A stretch of 64,000 nt of DNA from a bacterium (GCA_030698495.1 JAUYKA010000005.1:8404-72403); one strand, 5' to 3'; positions 19,838-29,630 are shown, counted from the stretch's first letter. Notes: generated by a model from the letters alone, not told the origin. Translations and numbers: made by a program.

Positions 19838-20350
19838 GAAGACAGGTGAATGGCCGCTCTTTGTTCAAAGTTCGAGGCAACCCCTTAGGGGTTTACCCTG
19901 AGCTTGTCGAAGGGAGGAAAGTCCGGACACCTTATTGATCTTTTTCAATAAACGGGTGGCAGATAACGTCTGCCCGGAGCAATCCGAGGGACCGATACAA
20001 AATGGATAGATAGACACACGTGTATATCTATTTAATCGGCCAAGAGTGCAACAGAAACATACCGCTTTCACCCGCCGAAGCTTTACGCGAAGGCGGGCTA
20101 GTCCACTTCTTGTGGAGAGTAAGGTTGAAATCGTGAGGCCCGCCTTCGCGCGGGATACCCCTCGCTTCGGCGAGGCAAAGTAAGAGCTCACGCGGCCGCG
20201 CGGCAACGCGCGGACGGGGCAAGCCCCACCCGGTGCAACCTCAAGCAATTCCGCCTTAAAACGGAATAGGTAGAGGGCAAGAGGCGTACGGCGACGTGCG
20301 TCCCAGATAGATGGCCATTCCAGACAGAATCCGGCTTACAGCCTGTCTTC
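19838..20350 (+). ncRNA. rnpB: RNase P RNA (bacterial, enlarged to ~513 nt)
   Basis: P1 GAAGACAGG/CCTGTCTTC; GAGGAAAGTCCGG; AGTGCAACAGAAA; ACAGAATCCGGCTTA. Confidence 0.95.
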
Positions 20351-20388
20351 AAAAAAACCGCCCAGATTTTTGTCTGAGCTGTTTTTTT
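20351..20388. terminator. Probable bidirectional intrinsic terminator between rnpB and proS
   Basis: A7-imperfect stem (CAGA TTTTTG TCTG)-T7. Confidence 0.55.
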
Positions 20389-20409
20389 ATGCCAACCAAA
20401 TAGATAATT

Positions 20410-21837
20410 TTAATATGCCCTGCCAAACACAACTCGTTGCCTGGACGGTTTCCCGCTCTTAATGCACAAACCCTTCTCTTTCTCCGCCTTAAAGGGAATA
20501 CATCGAATGGTTGCTTTCGTTTCCTCTTTTATTTGTCTTTCAATGGCAGCGTCTCCCGACCAATGCGCCAGCACATAGTTACCGGCGTTAATTTCACGCA
20601 CAAACTCATCCCACGTATCCACTCGGCGAGCCTTTGTCTCCAGCAACTTTTGGGATCGAAGAAGCAAATTGTTTTGGATGTCTTTAAGCATATTTTCTAC
20701 CGATTTTTTCACATCGTCATTCGCGACAATGCTCTTCTCTCCCGTATCTCTTCGCACCAGCACTACTTTATTATTCGCTAAATCCTTGGGTCCCAACTCA
20801 AGTCGTAGAGGCACCCCCTTCTTCTCCCACTCGTAAAATTTTTCTCCCGGCCTGACTTCCAACCGGTCATCAAAAATCGGATTGTATTTTTTAAGATGCC
20901 TGTACATTTTCTTGGCGGCATCCGTAACATCTGACGGGGCGCTATTGGCTATTGGCACGATAACAATTTTATGAGGCGCTATTTTTGGTGGCAAAACTAT
21001 ACCCTTATCGTCTCCATGGCTCATAACTAGGCCCCCGATAAGACGCGTACTGACTCCCCAGCTCGTATTGTAAACGTACTGTTGTGTCCCGTCTTCGCTC
21101 AAATACCGCACATTGAATGCTTTGGCGAAATGATCCGACAAATCATGGCTTGTACCCGATTGCAAAAACTTACCGTCGCGCATCAACGTTTCAATGGAAT
21201 ACGTGCTTAACGCGCCCGCGAACTTTTCACTCTCCGTCTTCTGTCCGTCAATAACCGCCATGGCCAAATGTTTTTCCGCAAAAGGCTTGTAAACTTTTTT
21301 CAGAATCTTAAGCGCGTATTGCCTGGCTTCTCTTTTTGTCGCGTGCGCCGTGTGCCCTTCCTGCCACAGGAATTCCGTCGTGCGCAAGAAAAGACGCGGC
21401 CGCATTTCCCAGCGCACCACATTCGCCCATTGATTGATACGCAGCGGCAAATCCCTGTACGAATGAATCCAACGCGAGAACGCGTCGTAAATAATCGTTT
21501 CCGAAGTTGGCCGAATCACCAAAGGTTCCGTCAGCTCCTTGCCTCCGCCGTACGTCACAACCGCCAGCTCCGGACTGAATCCTTTAATGTGCTCCGCTTC
21601 CTTTTGTAAAAACTTCTCCGGAATAAGCAACGGAAAGTAGGCGTTCTCCACCCCTTGTTTCTGGAATTGACTATCAAGTTCCTTCCGGATATTCTCCCAA
21701 ATTGCGTATCCATACGGCTTAATCACCATACAACCGCGCACCGACGAATTCTCCGCCAGATCCGCGGCCGTGATAACGTCCTGATACCACTGGGCGAAGT
21801 TTTCCGCTTGTGGAGTAATTTTTGTATTATTTGACAT
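20410..21837 (-). CDS. proS: Proline--tRNA ligase (archaeal/eukaryotic type)
   Basis: IRPTSET, NQWANVVRWE.RPRLFLRTTEFLWQEGHT, SWGVSTRLIG, C-terminal GRAY. Confidence 0.97.
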   Translation of the reverse strand: MSNNTKITPQAENFAQWYQDVITAADLAENSSVRGCMVIKPYGYAIWENIRKELDSQFQKQGVENAYFPLLIPEKFLQKEAEHIKGFSPELAVVTYGGGKELTEPLVIRPTSETIIYDAFSRWIHSYRDLPLRINQWANVVRWEMRPRLFLRTTEFLWQEGHTAHATKREARQYALKILKKVYKPFAEKHLAMAVIDGQKTESEKFAGALSTYSIETLMRDGKFLQSGTSHDLSDHFAKAFNVRYLSEDGTQQYVYNTSWGVSTRLIGGLVMSHGDDKGIVLPPKIAPHKIVIVPIANSAPSDVTDAAKKMYRHLKKYNPIFDDRLEVRPGEKFYEWEKKGVPLRLELGPKDLANNKVVLVRRDTGEKSIVANDDVKKSVENMLKDIQNNLLLRSQKLLETKARRVDTWDEFVREINAGNYVLAHWSGDAAIERQIKEETKATIRCIPFKAEKEKGLCIKSGKPSRQRVVFGRAY

Positions 21838-21952
21838 ATATCAATCGGCGTTGAGATTAAACAACCTGAACTAATTTAATCATTATAACCGGTTTATAAC
21901 AAGGTGAAATACGAATAAAGACTATTCCAACACGGACATTGAATTTTCCCTG

Positions 21953-21982
21953 AAACGGCTCAACCGTACGGATGAGCCGTTT
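21953..21982. repeat. AAACGGCTCA..TGAGCCGTTT hairpin repeat (terminator-like), copy 1
   Basis: Same arms at 25503-25538 and 63173-63206. Confidence 0.75.
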
Positions 21983-22348
21983 CTATATCACCTCGTACCG
22001 CACTCCCCGTCCGGTATTGCCTTCCTGTTTGAGCTTCCCCCGGAGTTCCAGCTCTTCCAAATATCTGGTGGCCGTAGCATCGGATACTCCCGTTGCCTTT
22101 TGCACCTCATCGTTACTCACGCCGCCGTGCTCGCGCGCGTACGCCATAACCTGCGCCAAAATATTTTCTTTGCGCTCCTGATCCTGCCGCACACTGTCCG
22201 CCAGCTCCGCCGGCACCGCTCCGCCACCACCGGAGCCCGAATCGTCCGCGCCACTACCAACCAAACCCAAACCGCGCCGCCTCAAAAACCAAGCACCCGC
22301 GCCCGCTACAATAAACCCAACTATAAATCCCCAAATAAATCCATTCAT
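21983..22348 (-). CDS. Membrane-anchored winged-HTH (DeoR-like) protein
   Basis: N-terminal TM; SNDEVQ..GVSDATATRYL.ELE..GKL.Q.G.TGR. Confidence 0.75.
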   Translation of the reverse strand: MNGFIWGFIVGFIVAGAGAWFLRRRGLGLVGSGADDSGSGGGGAVPAELADSVRQDQERKENILAQVMAYAREHGGVSNDEVQKATGVSDATATRYLEELELRGKLKQEGNTGRGVRYEVI

Positions 22349-22363
22349 AAACAAATACCTAAC

Positions 22364-22945
22364 CTACTGCAAAAGCCTAAATGATGAAATAACTTGTCTG
22401 ACTTCCTTCACGTTTTTATCAAAATCTTTTTGAGGACACGTAAATGTGATTTGATAATGCTTTTGTGCCCTTACACTATCAACCAGTAATTGCCGGCCTT
22501 GTTGTATTATGCCATTTGAATCAGTTGCTTCTTCTTTAGCAACCCTCTCTACCGCCATATTCCCCAAAAGCATAATATCGTCCTTGCTTATTAAGCTACT
22601 CGGCGAATTACCTATATGTGTCCCCGCTACAATCTGATCCAATGTCATCATATCCGGTTTTAATTCTCCAATTTCAACTTTAAAATCATCTTTTGCGTTA
22701 TCAAAAGTTAAGTAAATAATATCCTCGTCTCCCGGTGCATTTTTTTCATAAGTAACCTTTACCCTCTTCCATGACGACGGGTATGTAAACTCAAAACCAT
22801 ACTTATTATTTTGATAGGTAACCGAACGACTCAAACCGATAGCGGACAAACCATTGTGACTGTAGAAATAGTAACCTCCACCCAAAACAATAGCCCCTAG
22901 CAACAACACCGCAACTGCCGATACATAGCCTCCCTGCTTATTCAT
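22364..22945 (-). CDS. Secreted/anchored PsbP-like protein
   Basis: Pilin-like QGGY leader plus TM; Y.N.KYGFEF.YP.SW; ends ISSFR. Confidence 0.65.
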   Translation of the reverse strand: MNKQGGYVSAVAVLLLGAIVLGGGYYFYSHNGLSAIGLSRSVTYQNNKYGFEFTYPSSWKRVKVTYEKNAPGDEDIIYLTFDNAKDDFKVEIGELKPDMMTLDQIVAGTHIGNSPSSLISKDDIMLLGNMAVERVAKEEATDSNGIIQQGRQLLVDSVRAQKHYQITFTCPQKDFDKNVKEVRQVISSFRLLQ

Positions 22946-23077
22946 AACTCAATATTAACACTAACTAAAAATCTCCCCAAATAAACCCGCTCATAAAGTC
23001 AGTTTAGCATAAATTCGTAAGTGAAAATAAAATTCTATACGCCAAATTATGACTATTCAAACATCGGGGGTGAATTT

Positions 23078-23854
23078 CTATTTAAACCTCTCAAAGTACT
23101 TGTCAATTTCTCCTCTTAACTCAATGCCAACTCTTTCAAAACAATCTAATAGGTTCTTATAAGCATTTTTACCACCTAGAAAATCCCAAAATTCATCAGC
23201 AACCTTAAGCTCATTGGGTAAATCCAACATTCCTCTCATGGTCCAACGATTATAAGCCTGCGGTTCATATGGATTATATGGAATAGCAATATAAGTATGT
23301 ATGGATGCCTTCGGTCTTTCTACTAATATTACAGCAACCCATTCTAGTAGTGTGCGCTTGAATTCCTTAAAACCACCTGCATTTGGTTTCGCTGTTTTTA
23401 TATCAAAAAGATAGTAGTCGTCATTACCAGATTCAACCATTAGGTCTACTCTCGTTGGTTTAACATCTACTATTTTACCTTTTTGGCAAACTTTTCTTAT
23501 ACGCTCAATTTCCTTTTGTTTATCGGGTGAAACACTCGCAGTAGTCAGCCCGTCGATAATTTTCTGGATTTCAGTTTGAGCTTCACTGCTTATCTGATGC
23601 CCCACAATCACTTGTGACTCAGCCTTTTTGAAGTTTTTTTGAGCCAAAGCTAAACCAACTGGTTCAAAAATACTTGTTCCGAAATTTGTATTTAATGAAT
23701 GAATAAAAGAGTATAGAGCTAATCTATCCTTACCAAGTAATCTAGTATGGAATGGCATAACCGCCGGCTCTGGTTTGTAGTTCTGAAACTTGTTTCTAAG
23801 ACTAGTCTTTAAAACCTCCTCGACTTCCTTAATTTGTTTATTTGATATAGACAT
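23078..23854 (-). CDS. Type II restriction endonuclease (TdeIII/MjaII-like family)
   Basis: FIHSLNTNFGTSIFE, PD-(D/E)xK-like VDL...FDIKT.KPN, PYNPY; coupled to an MTase; low GC. Confidence 0.8.
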   Translation of the reverse strand: MSISNKQIKEVEEVLKTSLRNKFQNYKPEPAVMPFHTRLLGKDRLALYSFIHSLNTNFGTSIFEPVGLALAQKNFKKAESQVIVGHQISSEAQTEIQKIIDGLTTASVSPDKQKEIERIRKVCQKGKIVDVKPTRVDLMVESGNDDYYLFDIKTAKPNAGGFKEFKRTLLEWVAVILVERPKASIHTYIAIPYNPYEPQAYNRWTMRGMLDLPNELKVADEFWDFLGGKNAYKNLLDCFERVGIELRGEIDKYFERFK

Positions 23855-23855
23855 A

Positions 23856-25442
23856 CTAAATTTGCTTGAGATGAAAAATTATCTCTGAATATGGGTTTCT
23901 GTCACGCTCTGTTCTATTTAAAACCGGCCGCTTAAATCTATTAACTATTTCCATACCCGCTTTTTCTGCAATAGAAGGATATAAGTCATATTTATCATTT
24001 GCAACCAGGAAAACATTGCGGTCGTTTGCCAAATACTTTTTGCAGTTGTTTAAAACAAAAGCAATACCTTCAACGTATGACATTCTAGCTTCCGCACCTT
24101 GTCCTCTATATAAGGGGCCAATTTCATATTCGTCCCTGCGCTCAAAGCCAAACAAATCATAAGCATAGGCATGCTGCTCATGATAATCAATCTGACCAAC
24201 ATAAGGCGGCGAAGTAAAAATACCAGCAATTTTCTTCTTCTGCAAAATTCCATACAGTGTTTTATTTCTCTTTTTCACTTCCTTAAATATATCAACTTGT
24301 CTCGAATCTGCCGGAAGAATAGCATAGTGACTACCTGTTTTTAGATTGTCATATGTTTTGAGTCGATAGACAGTATCAGTTGCGTAACGATCAAACCAGG
24401 TTTTTATAGAAAACAATGGCTTACAAATTTTCTTATGCTTCCAACAATAATAAGTGGCCAGTTGCGGTTCTTTTAGTGTCGCTAAATCCGAGTGGGTCGT
24501 AGCACGACACGACCTAATGGTCCTGCTTAAAATCACTGCTAATATCTTTTTGTTTTTTATATCCGTTACTTTCTTAACCAAATCAAAAGCATAATCAATC
24601 TCTTTTCTAACTCCGTTAATATACCACCTATCAAGAAATGTATTTGTTCCTTTTTGCTTTAACTCAATACTATACTTCTTAATTTGACGCTTATAAACAC
24701 TCAAAAATTCTTTTTCTTTTTCCTCTGCATACTGTTTCTCATTAATCTGTCCCCTGTTTACCTTGTATTTATACTCAGGGCTTGGAAAATACTTATTATT
24801 AAATACAGCCAACTCATTTAGTAGCTCATTTTCAAAAGTGGACATCATACTATCATTTTCATATCCAGCTATTAAGGTTTTAATCTTATCAACATCCTTA
24901 TCTAAAAGGTTAAAATCATAATCCAGCAGCTTAGTCTCCGTAACCATACAGTTAAAGTGCGATATATCTACACCAATCGCATGAATACCCATTTCGTTAG
25001 CCTGAACTAATGCTGTTCCCGAACCGGAAAACGGGTCAAGAACCACGTCTCCTTTTTTAAAATAAACATCCTTTTTGAAATCATCAGTATGGCCATCTAA
25101 AAAATATTCAACCAACTGCGGAATAAACTTACCTTTGTACGGATGAAGTCGATGAACATGTTTAGTCGTGTCTTTTTCACGAAGATGATCAAAAGACAAT
25201 GACCAATTCAAATCGTTGCCCAAACGTTTTTTATACACTAACTCCCGCTTCCCACGAAATGATTTATAGTAGCGCTCAAGATCAGTAACGCTGACATATA
25301 CACCACTTTCGTTAACCCTTTTCTTTACTTTTCCGTACTGAATTAAGTAAGAAATATTAGACTCGCTTATATCTCTTTCTAAAAAATCACTAGCCCATCG
25401 ACTAGCTTCCATAAGAGTTAATAATTTCGTGTTGCCATTCAT
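23856..25442 (-). CDS. DNA methyltransferase (SPPY, likely N4-cytosine) with N-terminal HTH-like domain
   Basis: H.LHPYKGKFIPQ, DPFSGSGT (motif I), TSPPY (motif IV). Confidence 0.88.
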   Translation of the reverse strand: MNGNTKLLTLMEASRWASDFLERDISESNISYLIQYGKVKKRVNESGVYVSVTDLERYYKSFRGKRELVYKKRLGNDLNWSLSFDHLREKDTTKHVHRLHPYKGKFIPQLVEYFLDGHTDDFKKDVYFKKGDVVLDPFSGSGTALVQANEMGIHAIGVDISHFNCMVTETKLLDYDFNLLDKDVDKIKTLIAGYENDSMMSTFENELLNELAVFNNKYFPSPEYKYKVNRGQINEKQYAEEKEKEFLSVYKRQIKKYSIELKQKGTNTFLDRWYINGVRKEIDYAFDLVKKVTDIKNKKILAVILSRTIRSCRATTHSDLATLKEPQLATYYCWKHKKICKPLFSIKTWFDRYATDTVYRLKTYDNLKTGSHYAILPADSRQVDIFKEVKKRNKTLYGILQKKKIAGIFTSPPYVGQIDYHEQHAYAYDLFGFERRDEYEIGPLYRGQGAEARMSYVEGIAFVLNNCKKYLANDRNVFLVANDKYDLYPSIAEKAGMEIVNRFKRPVLNRTERDRNPYSEIIFHLKQI

Positions 25443-25502
25443 GATGTCTTTCCTAATATATCATTCCCCATACAAAAATCAAAAACCCCGTCCCCAGCCA
25501 AC

Positions 25503-25538
25503 AATAAACGGCTCAAGCGGACGCTTGAGCCGTTTATT
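25503..25538. repeat. AAACGGCTCA hairpin repeat, copy 2
   Basis: AATAAACGGCTCAAGC GGAC GCTTGAGCCGTTTATT, just after the Fic stop. Confidence 0.75.
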
Positions 25539-25544
25539 ATAAGT

Positions 25545-26435
25545 CTATTGTTTGTAACTAAACCCTTCCCCTATCTTCCACACACCCTTCTCCCGAAAAG
25601 CGGGAATAGACTGCCGCCGCGCCGCATTAGTTATCGCCGACGCCGAAAGATTATTTTTCTTAATATATTCAGACAAACTGACAATGTTCTCTCCTTTTAA
25701 ATAAGTCACCCGTTTGTACAGGGATTCAATCAACATCAAAGCTAATATCTTTTCCATTGTTTTGGTATTCTTTTTCTCCCGATAGTCATCAAACGCCCGA
25801 TAATAATTGGTTTTCTCTTTATTGCGTACAATTAGACGGGGAAATCCCAATCGCAAGAGTTGAAAATTAACTATAACCCGCCCAATGCGTCCGTTACCAT
25901 CATTAAACGGGTGAATACTTTCAAAATCCAAATGCCACTTGGCGATTTTATCTAAGAAATACTTATCCAATTCACTGGAGTACTCCAACATAATTTCATC
26001 TATCAAACGCTCCACGTGCTCCGGCGGAGGCGCTACATGAGTTCCTACCCGAACATATTCACCTGCCTTGCGCCAACGCCCGGCAATTGCATCATCAATT
26101 CCACCTATCAGCATCTTGTGCAAAAGCAAAATCAATTCTTTGGAAACCTCTTCTGTTATCGCCTTGCCTCGCTTGTAATCAACAACCTGAGCCAAATTTT
26201 TTGCCTCGAAAACCTCCCGCAACGATACGTCCCGTGCCAACTCCTGTTCCAGCAAAATCTTCTCCGTTTCTTTCAAAGTGAGAGTTGAATTTTCTATCGC
26301 ATTTGAGTTATAGACACTTTCAGGAATTTCCGCTTCATCAATCATGCTTAAGAGCGACTCTTTACCCTTTTTTAAGGCATCAAAATCAGCCTTTAGCGTC
26401 TTAATTTGCTCCCTAAATTGTTTGGTTGTTGCCAT
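25545..26435 (-). CDS. Fic family protein with C-terminal HTH-like domain
   Basis: SNAIEN inhibitory-like motif; HPFNDGNGRIGR Fic motif. Confidence 0.92.
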   Translation of the reverse strand: MATTKQFREQIKTLKADFDALKKGKESLLSMIDEAEIPESVYNSNAIENSTLTLKETEKILLEQELARDVSLREVFEAKNLAQVVDYKRGKAITEEVSKELILLLHKMLIGGIDDAIAGRWRKAGEYVRVGTHVAPPPEHVERLIDEIMLEYSSELDKYFLDKIAKWHLDFESIHPFNDGNGRIGRVIVNFQLLRLGFPRLIVRNKEKTNYYRAFDDYREKKNTKTMEKILALMLIESLYKRVTYLKGENIVSLSEYIKKNNLSASAITNAARRQSIPAFREKGVWKIGEGFSYKQ

Positions 26436-26441
26436 AATTAC

Positions 26442-26520
26442 ATTATATCAAATTCACGCGTTTTTGTCAAAACCACGTGAATTGCACCCAATAACAGCCC
26501 TTCATTCACGCGTTTTTCTA
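26442..26520 (-). promoter_or_regulatory. Consensus leaderless promoter of the Fic gene with ACGCGTGAAT operator-like repeats
   Basis: TTGACA-17 bp-TATAAT-6 nt-ATG; palindrome AATTCACGCG..CACGTGAATT overlapping the -35; another copy at ~26505. Confidence 0.8.
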
Positions 26521-26564
26521 CAAATTCCCCCCCTGTCCACACTCGGTGTGGACAGGGAAATCAT

Positions 26565-27275
26565 CTATTTCCTCATCAGCCCATTTTCCCGAAAGCTGAA
26601 CAGTTGCGTTTTGCTGACTACCACATGATCTAGTAATCCTATTCCCATCAATTTTCCCGCTTCAGTTATTTGTTTTGTCACCGCCAAATCCGCTTCGCTC
26701 GGATTGGGATCGCCGGAAGGATGATTGTGGCAAACAGCGATGCTGGCGGCGTGCCGTCTTATTGCCGCGTCAAATGTTTCGCGCGGATGCACTAAATTAG
26801 CGTTAAGCGTCCCGACACCAATCAAGTCCACCCCTAACACCCGGTTACGATTATCAAACGAGGCTACGAAAAAATGTTCTTTCTGCCAGTCGCCAATAAA
26901 TGGTTTTACCAGCCGGGCGATGTCCTCCGGTGCCGCCACCGCTTTTGACTTATTTCTCTTTACCTCACTATCAGTTTCCTCCCGCACCACCCGCCGGGCA
27001 ATTTCCAGACATGCTTTTAATTGCAGTGCTTTCGCCTGCCCCAATCCCGGCACTTTCTGTAACTCCTCAACTGAAGCCGATACTACACCTGCCAACGATC
27101 CAAAACAACTCAACAAATTCTGCGCTATCTGCATTACCGATAACCCCGCCGTCCCGCGACCAAGCACGACGGCAATCAACTCCTGTGCCGAAACACTGCC
27201 AGCGCCGTATTTTACCAAACGCTCCCGCGGCCTCTCCTCCACAGGCATGTCCCGCACCGTGAAATTTTGCTTCAT
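26565..27275 (-). CDS. radC: RadC/JAB-domain (UPF0758) protein
   Basis: ERPRERL, HhH GLG.AKA, VHPRE.F, HNHPSGDP.PS..D, LLDHV. Confidence 0.92.
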   Translation of the reverse strand: MKQNFTVRDMPVEERPRERLVKYGAGSVSAQELIAVVLGRGTAGLSVMQIAQNLLSCFGSLAGVVSASVEELQKVPGLGQAKALQLKACLEIARRVVREETDSEVKRNKSKAVAAPEDIARLVKPFIGDWQKEHFFVASFDNRNRVLGVDLIGVGTLNANLVHPRETFDAAIRRHAASIAVCHNHPSGDPNPSEADLAVTKQITEAGKLMGIGLLDHVVVSKTQLFSFRENGLMRK

Positions 27276-27319
27276 GATTTTATCTACTGAATTTCCCCGC
27301 CCTAAGCCGCCATGATTAA

Positions 27320-27610
27320 TTAGTAAATATTTACCCCCCCACCAAGAACAAAGAGTACCCATACCACCAGAAGAAATCCAACCCAGGCTACACTACCATA
27401 CAAAGCAAATAGATTTATCAAAAAAAATCTACTGGGCTTTTCCAAGTTATTAAGTCGTATTAAATAAAAAAACTCTAATAAAGCAACAGCCACTGGAATA
27501 ATAAACGCAAATATTAAATCATTCTCATTAAAAAAAACAAGGATCGTTAGTGCAACACTAACCACAGCTAAAATTACCGCGACTGCTAAATGTATTTTTA
27601 TCATTCTCAT
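27320..27610 (-). CDS. Hypothetical membrane protein (3 TM)
   Basis: Hydrophobic, AT-rich ORF. Confidence 0.55.
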   Translation of the reverse strand: MRMIKIHLAVAVILAVVSVALTILVFFNENDLIFAFIIPVAVALLEFFYLIRLNNLEKPSRFFLINLFALYGSVAWVGFLLVVWVLFVLGGGVNIY

Positions 27611-27625
27611 AAAACTCTTTATATT

Positions 27626-27727
27626 TTACAACGTTTCTCTAATTGCGGCTATCATTTCCCGTAACGGTAACGCTTTCTCCTGATCAACCCTACCCCCGCG
27701 TATTGACCCGGCAAAATATATATACAT
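27626..27727 (-). pseudogene. Remnant of a nucleoside 2-deoxyribosyltransferase/DNPH1-like gene (33 aa)
   Basis: Translates MYIYFAGSIRGGRVDQEKALPLREMIAAIRETL*; IYFAGSIRGGR is the family N-terminal motif. Confidence 0.7.
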
Positions 27728-27762
27728 ATTTTTATTCTATCCCACCCATACAAAAAACAATA

Positions 27763-29040
27763 AATCCAACACCCGATGTTAATATTACACCGTAACACTA
27801 CTGTGCATTAACCACACTAGCCGTTTGGGTATCGTGTTTTTAGTGCTATGATTAAAGAAATTATCATTAATTTTATTCTATGGAAAATATGGGGATGGAC
27901 AATCAAATAAATGAACAGCAGGAAGGTCAGTTTAATAACCAGCAAGCGGGTCAGCCTACTGAAGTTATTAACGAAATAAAGCCTAGAAAAAATTATACAT
28001 TGGCTATTGTTCTATTGGTTCTTGTTATATTTATAATGGTTTTTGCGGGAGGAGTTTTCGCTTATCTGTATTTTTCTTCCAAGACTAATAATATTGTGGC
28101 TGATGTGCCGATGGATACGAGCGCGCCCGTAGAATCTGCTACGCCAAGTCCCTCTGGTGAGTTGTCTGTAGTGTTTACACCTCCATATCCGGTTGTGTTT
28201 TCGGAAAGGGACAATACGCCAAACTTTGGCGGCGCGGGAAAATTTTCCCTAACTGGAGTTACGATAGGTGATTATGAGGTTACGGAAAGTAATAAGATGT
28301 CTTTCTGGGACGGATTTAAATACACATACGACGTGGGGCAGAAAATTAATTCCGTTGCATTAGAATTTAAAATTAACGTCACTGAGGGAGGCCAGCTTCC
28401 TCAAAGTATTAGAATGATTTCCGTGGATGAAGCGGGGGGTGAAGACAGGACACCACCGATAAACAGAGATTATTTGTATGATGGCCATAAGCCGATGAAT
28501 GATTTTGCGACGACTGACTCTACTGTCGAGAATGCACAGGTTGTTTTTGCAGTGCCGGAAGGCGCGACTTCATTTATGTTTACGAGCGGGGGAAGTTCAG
28601 AAATTAAGTTTAGTGTGGCCGTAAACAACGGACAGATATCAGTTAACCAGGCAAATCTTGGTGAAACCAGTACATTCACGAAATATATGACTGGAAATAT
28701 TGGGATTGATGTGGTTGAAGTGATGATTAATAGAGAAGGAGGAGTGCTGGCAGGAAATTTTGTGTCGGATAAAAAAGTCGGGATTATAAAGGGGACAGTG
28801 GATAGTGCCGGAAATTATTTTATGCAGTTAACGTTTCTAGAAGATAATCAGGAGTACGGAGTAATGACGGGCGCTCTTACGCTAGTGGATGATATAACTG
28901 GTAATTGGCGGGCGGCGGGTTCACTTGAGGATGTTCCGTTCACTTTGACCAAGGCGCAAATACGAATACCAGCCTTTGCTCAGTAGAAGAGATAAAAAAA
29001 TTTGTAAGGAAAAATAAGCCAATCCAACACCCGATGTTAA
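27763..29040. repeat. Perfect 20-bp direct repeats AATCCAACACCCGATGTTAA (27763-27782 and 29021-29040) flanking one gene
   Basis: Direct sequence identity. Confidence 0.85.
27880..28986 (+). CDS. Hypothetical membrane-anchored extracellular protein
   Basis: N/Q-rich N-terminus, single TM, Ser/Pro linker, beta-rich domains; opposite strand to neighbours. Confidence 0.75.
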   Translation: MENMGMDNQINEQQEGQFNNQQAGQPTEVINEIKPRKNYTLAIVLLVLVIFIMVFAGGVFAYLYFSSKTNNIVADVPMDTSAPVESATPSPSGELSVVFTPPYPVVFSERDNTPNFGGAGKFSLTGVTIGDYEVTESNKMSFWDGFKYTYDVGQKINSVALEFKINVTEGGQLPQSIRMISVDEAGGEDRTPPINRDYLYDGHKPMNDFATTDSTVENAQVVFAVPEGATSFMFTSGGSSEIKFSVAVNNGQISVNQANLGETSTFTKYMTGNIGIDVVEVMINREGGVLAGNFVSDKKVGIIKGTVDSAGNYFMQLTFLEDNQEYGVMTGALTLVDDITGNWRAAGSLEDVPFTLTKAQIRIPAFAQ

Positions 29041-29104
29041 CATCGCAAATCGCGTGAATTTTAGTGAAAAACGGGTCTCATTCACGCGTTTTTCCTGATT
29101 TTTC

Positions 29105-29533
29105 CTACTTCACATACTCCACTGAACCACCCTTAATCTTCTTGTTTTTCAAGCAATCAACTGCCATAGGCACCATCTATGACAAACCTTCAATACCACC
29201 GTCCGGCAAATCATCCGCCTCAAACCACTCTATTTCTTCATCCGTAGTAGTAGAAAAGTCGTTGGTATCCCCTTTATAAACAATGGCGTATAAATCTACC
29301 CGCCAACCTTTTGCTTTTAGCTTCCCGAAATATTTCCAGTCTTTCTTTTTGGTTTTCACGCCGGCTTCTTCTTTTACCTCCCTGACAATACAGTCACTGC
29401 TTTCCTCACCGCGCTCAATCCTGCCACCAATTCCATTCAGCTTGCCCGCTTGCCAGTCTGGCCTATTTTTATGCATCAATAAAACCTTTAAAAGATCATG
29501 GCTAAAAATAAAACCGAGAGTATAAGCTTTCAT
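29105..29533 (-). pseudogene. NUDIX hydrolase (MutT-like) with in-frame TAG at 29177-29179
   Basis: GG.IE.GE....C..REVKEEAG Nudix box; frame continues GLS*MVPMAVDCLKNKK to a TAG at 29105. Confidence 0.75.
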
Positions 29534-29561
29534 ACTCTAACTATATCAGAACCTGACACTC

Positions 29562-29630
29562 CTATCTGATCCGATCCAGTGCCTCGTTCACCATTTTGTC
29601 CGCTATCTTGTTTTTCTCCCTGGCCACACG
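29562..29630 (-). pseudogene. Duplicated 3' end of rnhA
   Basis: RVAREKNKIADKMVNEALDRIR* versus rnhA HVTRDKNKIADRLVNEALDREK*. Confidence 0.85.

Noticed and set aside
19865-20248. 127-aa minus-strand ORF
   Set aside because: Antisense to the RNase P RNA gene
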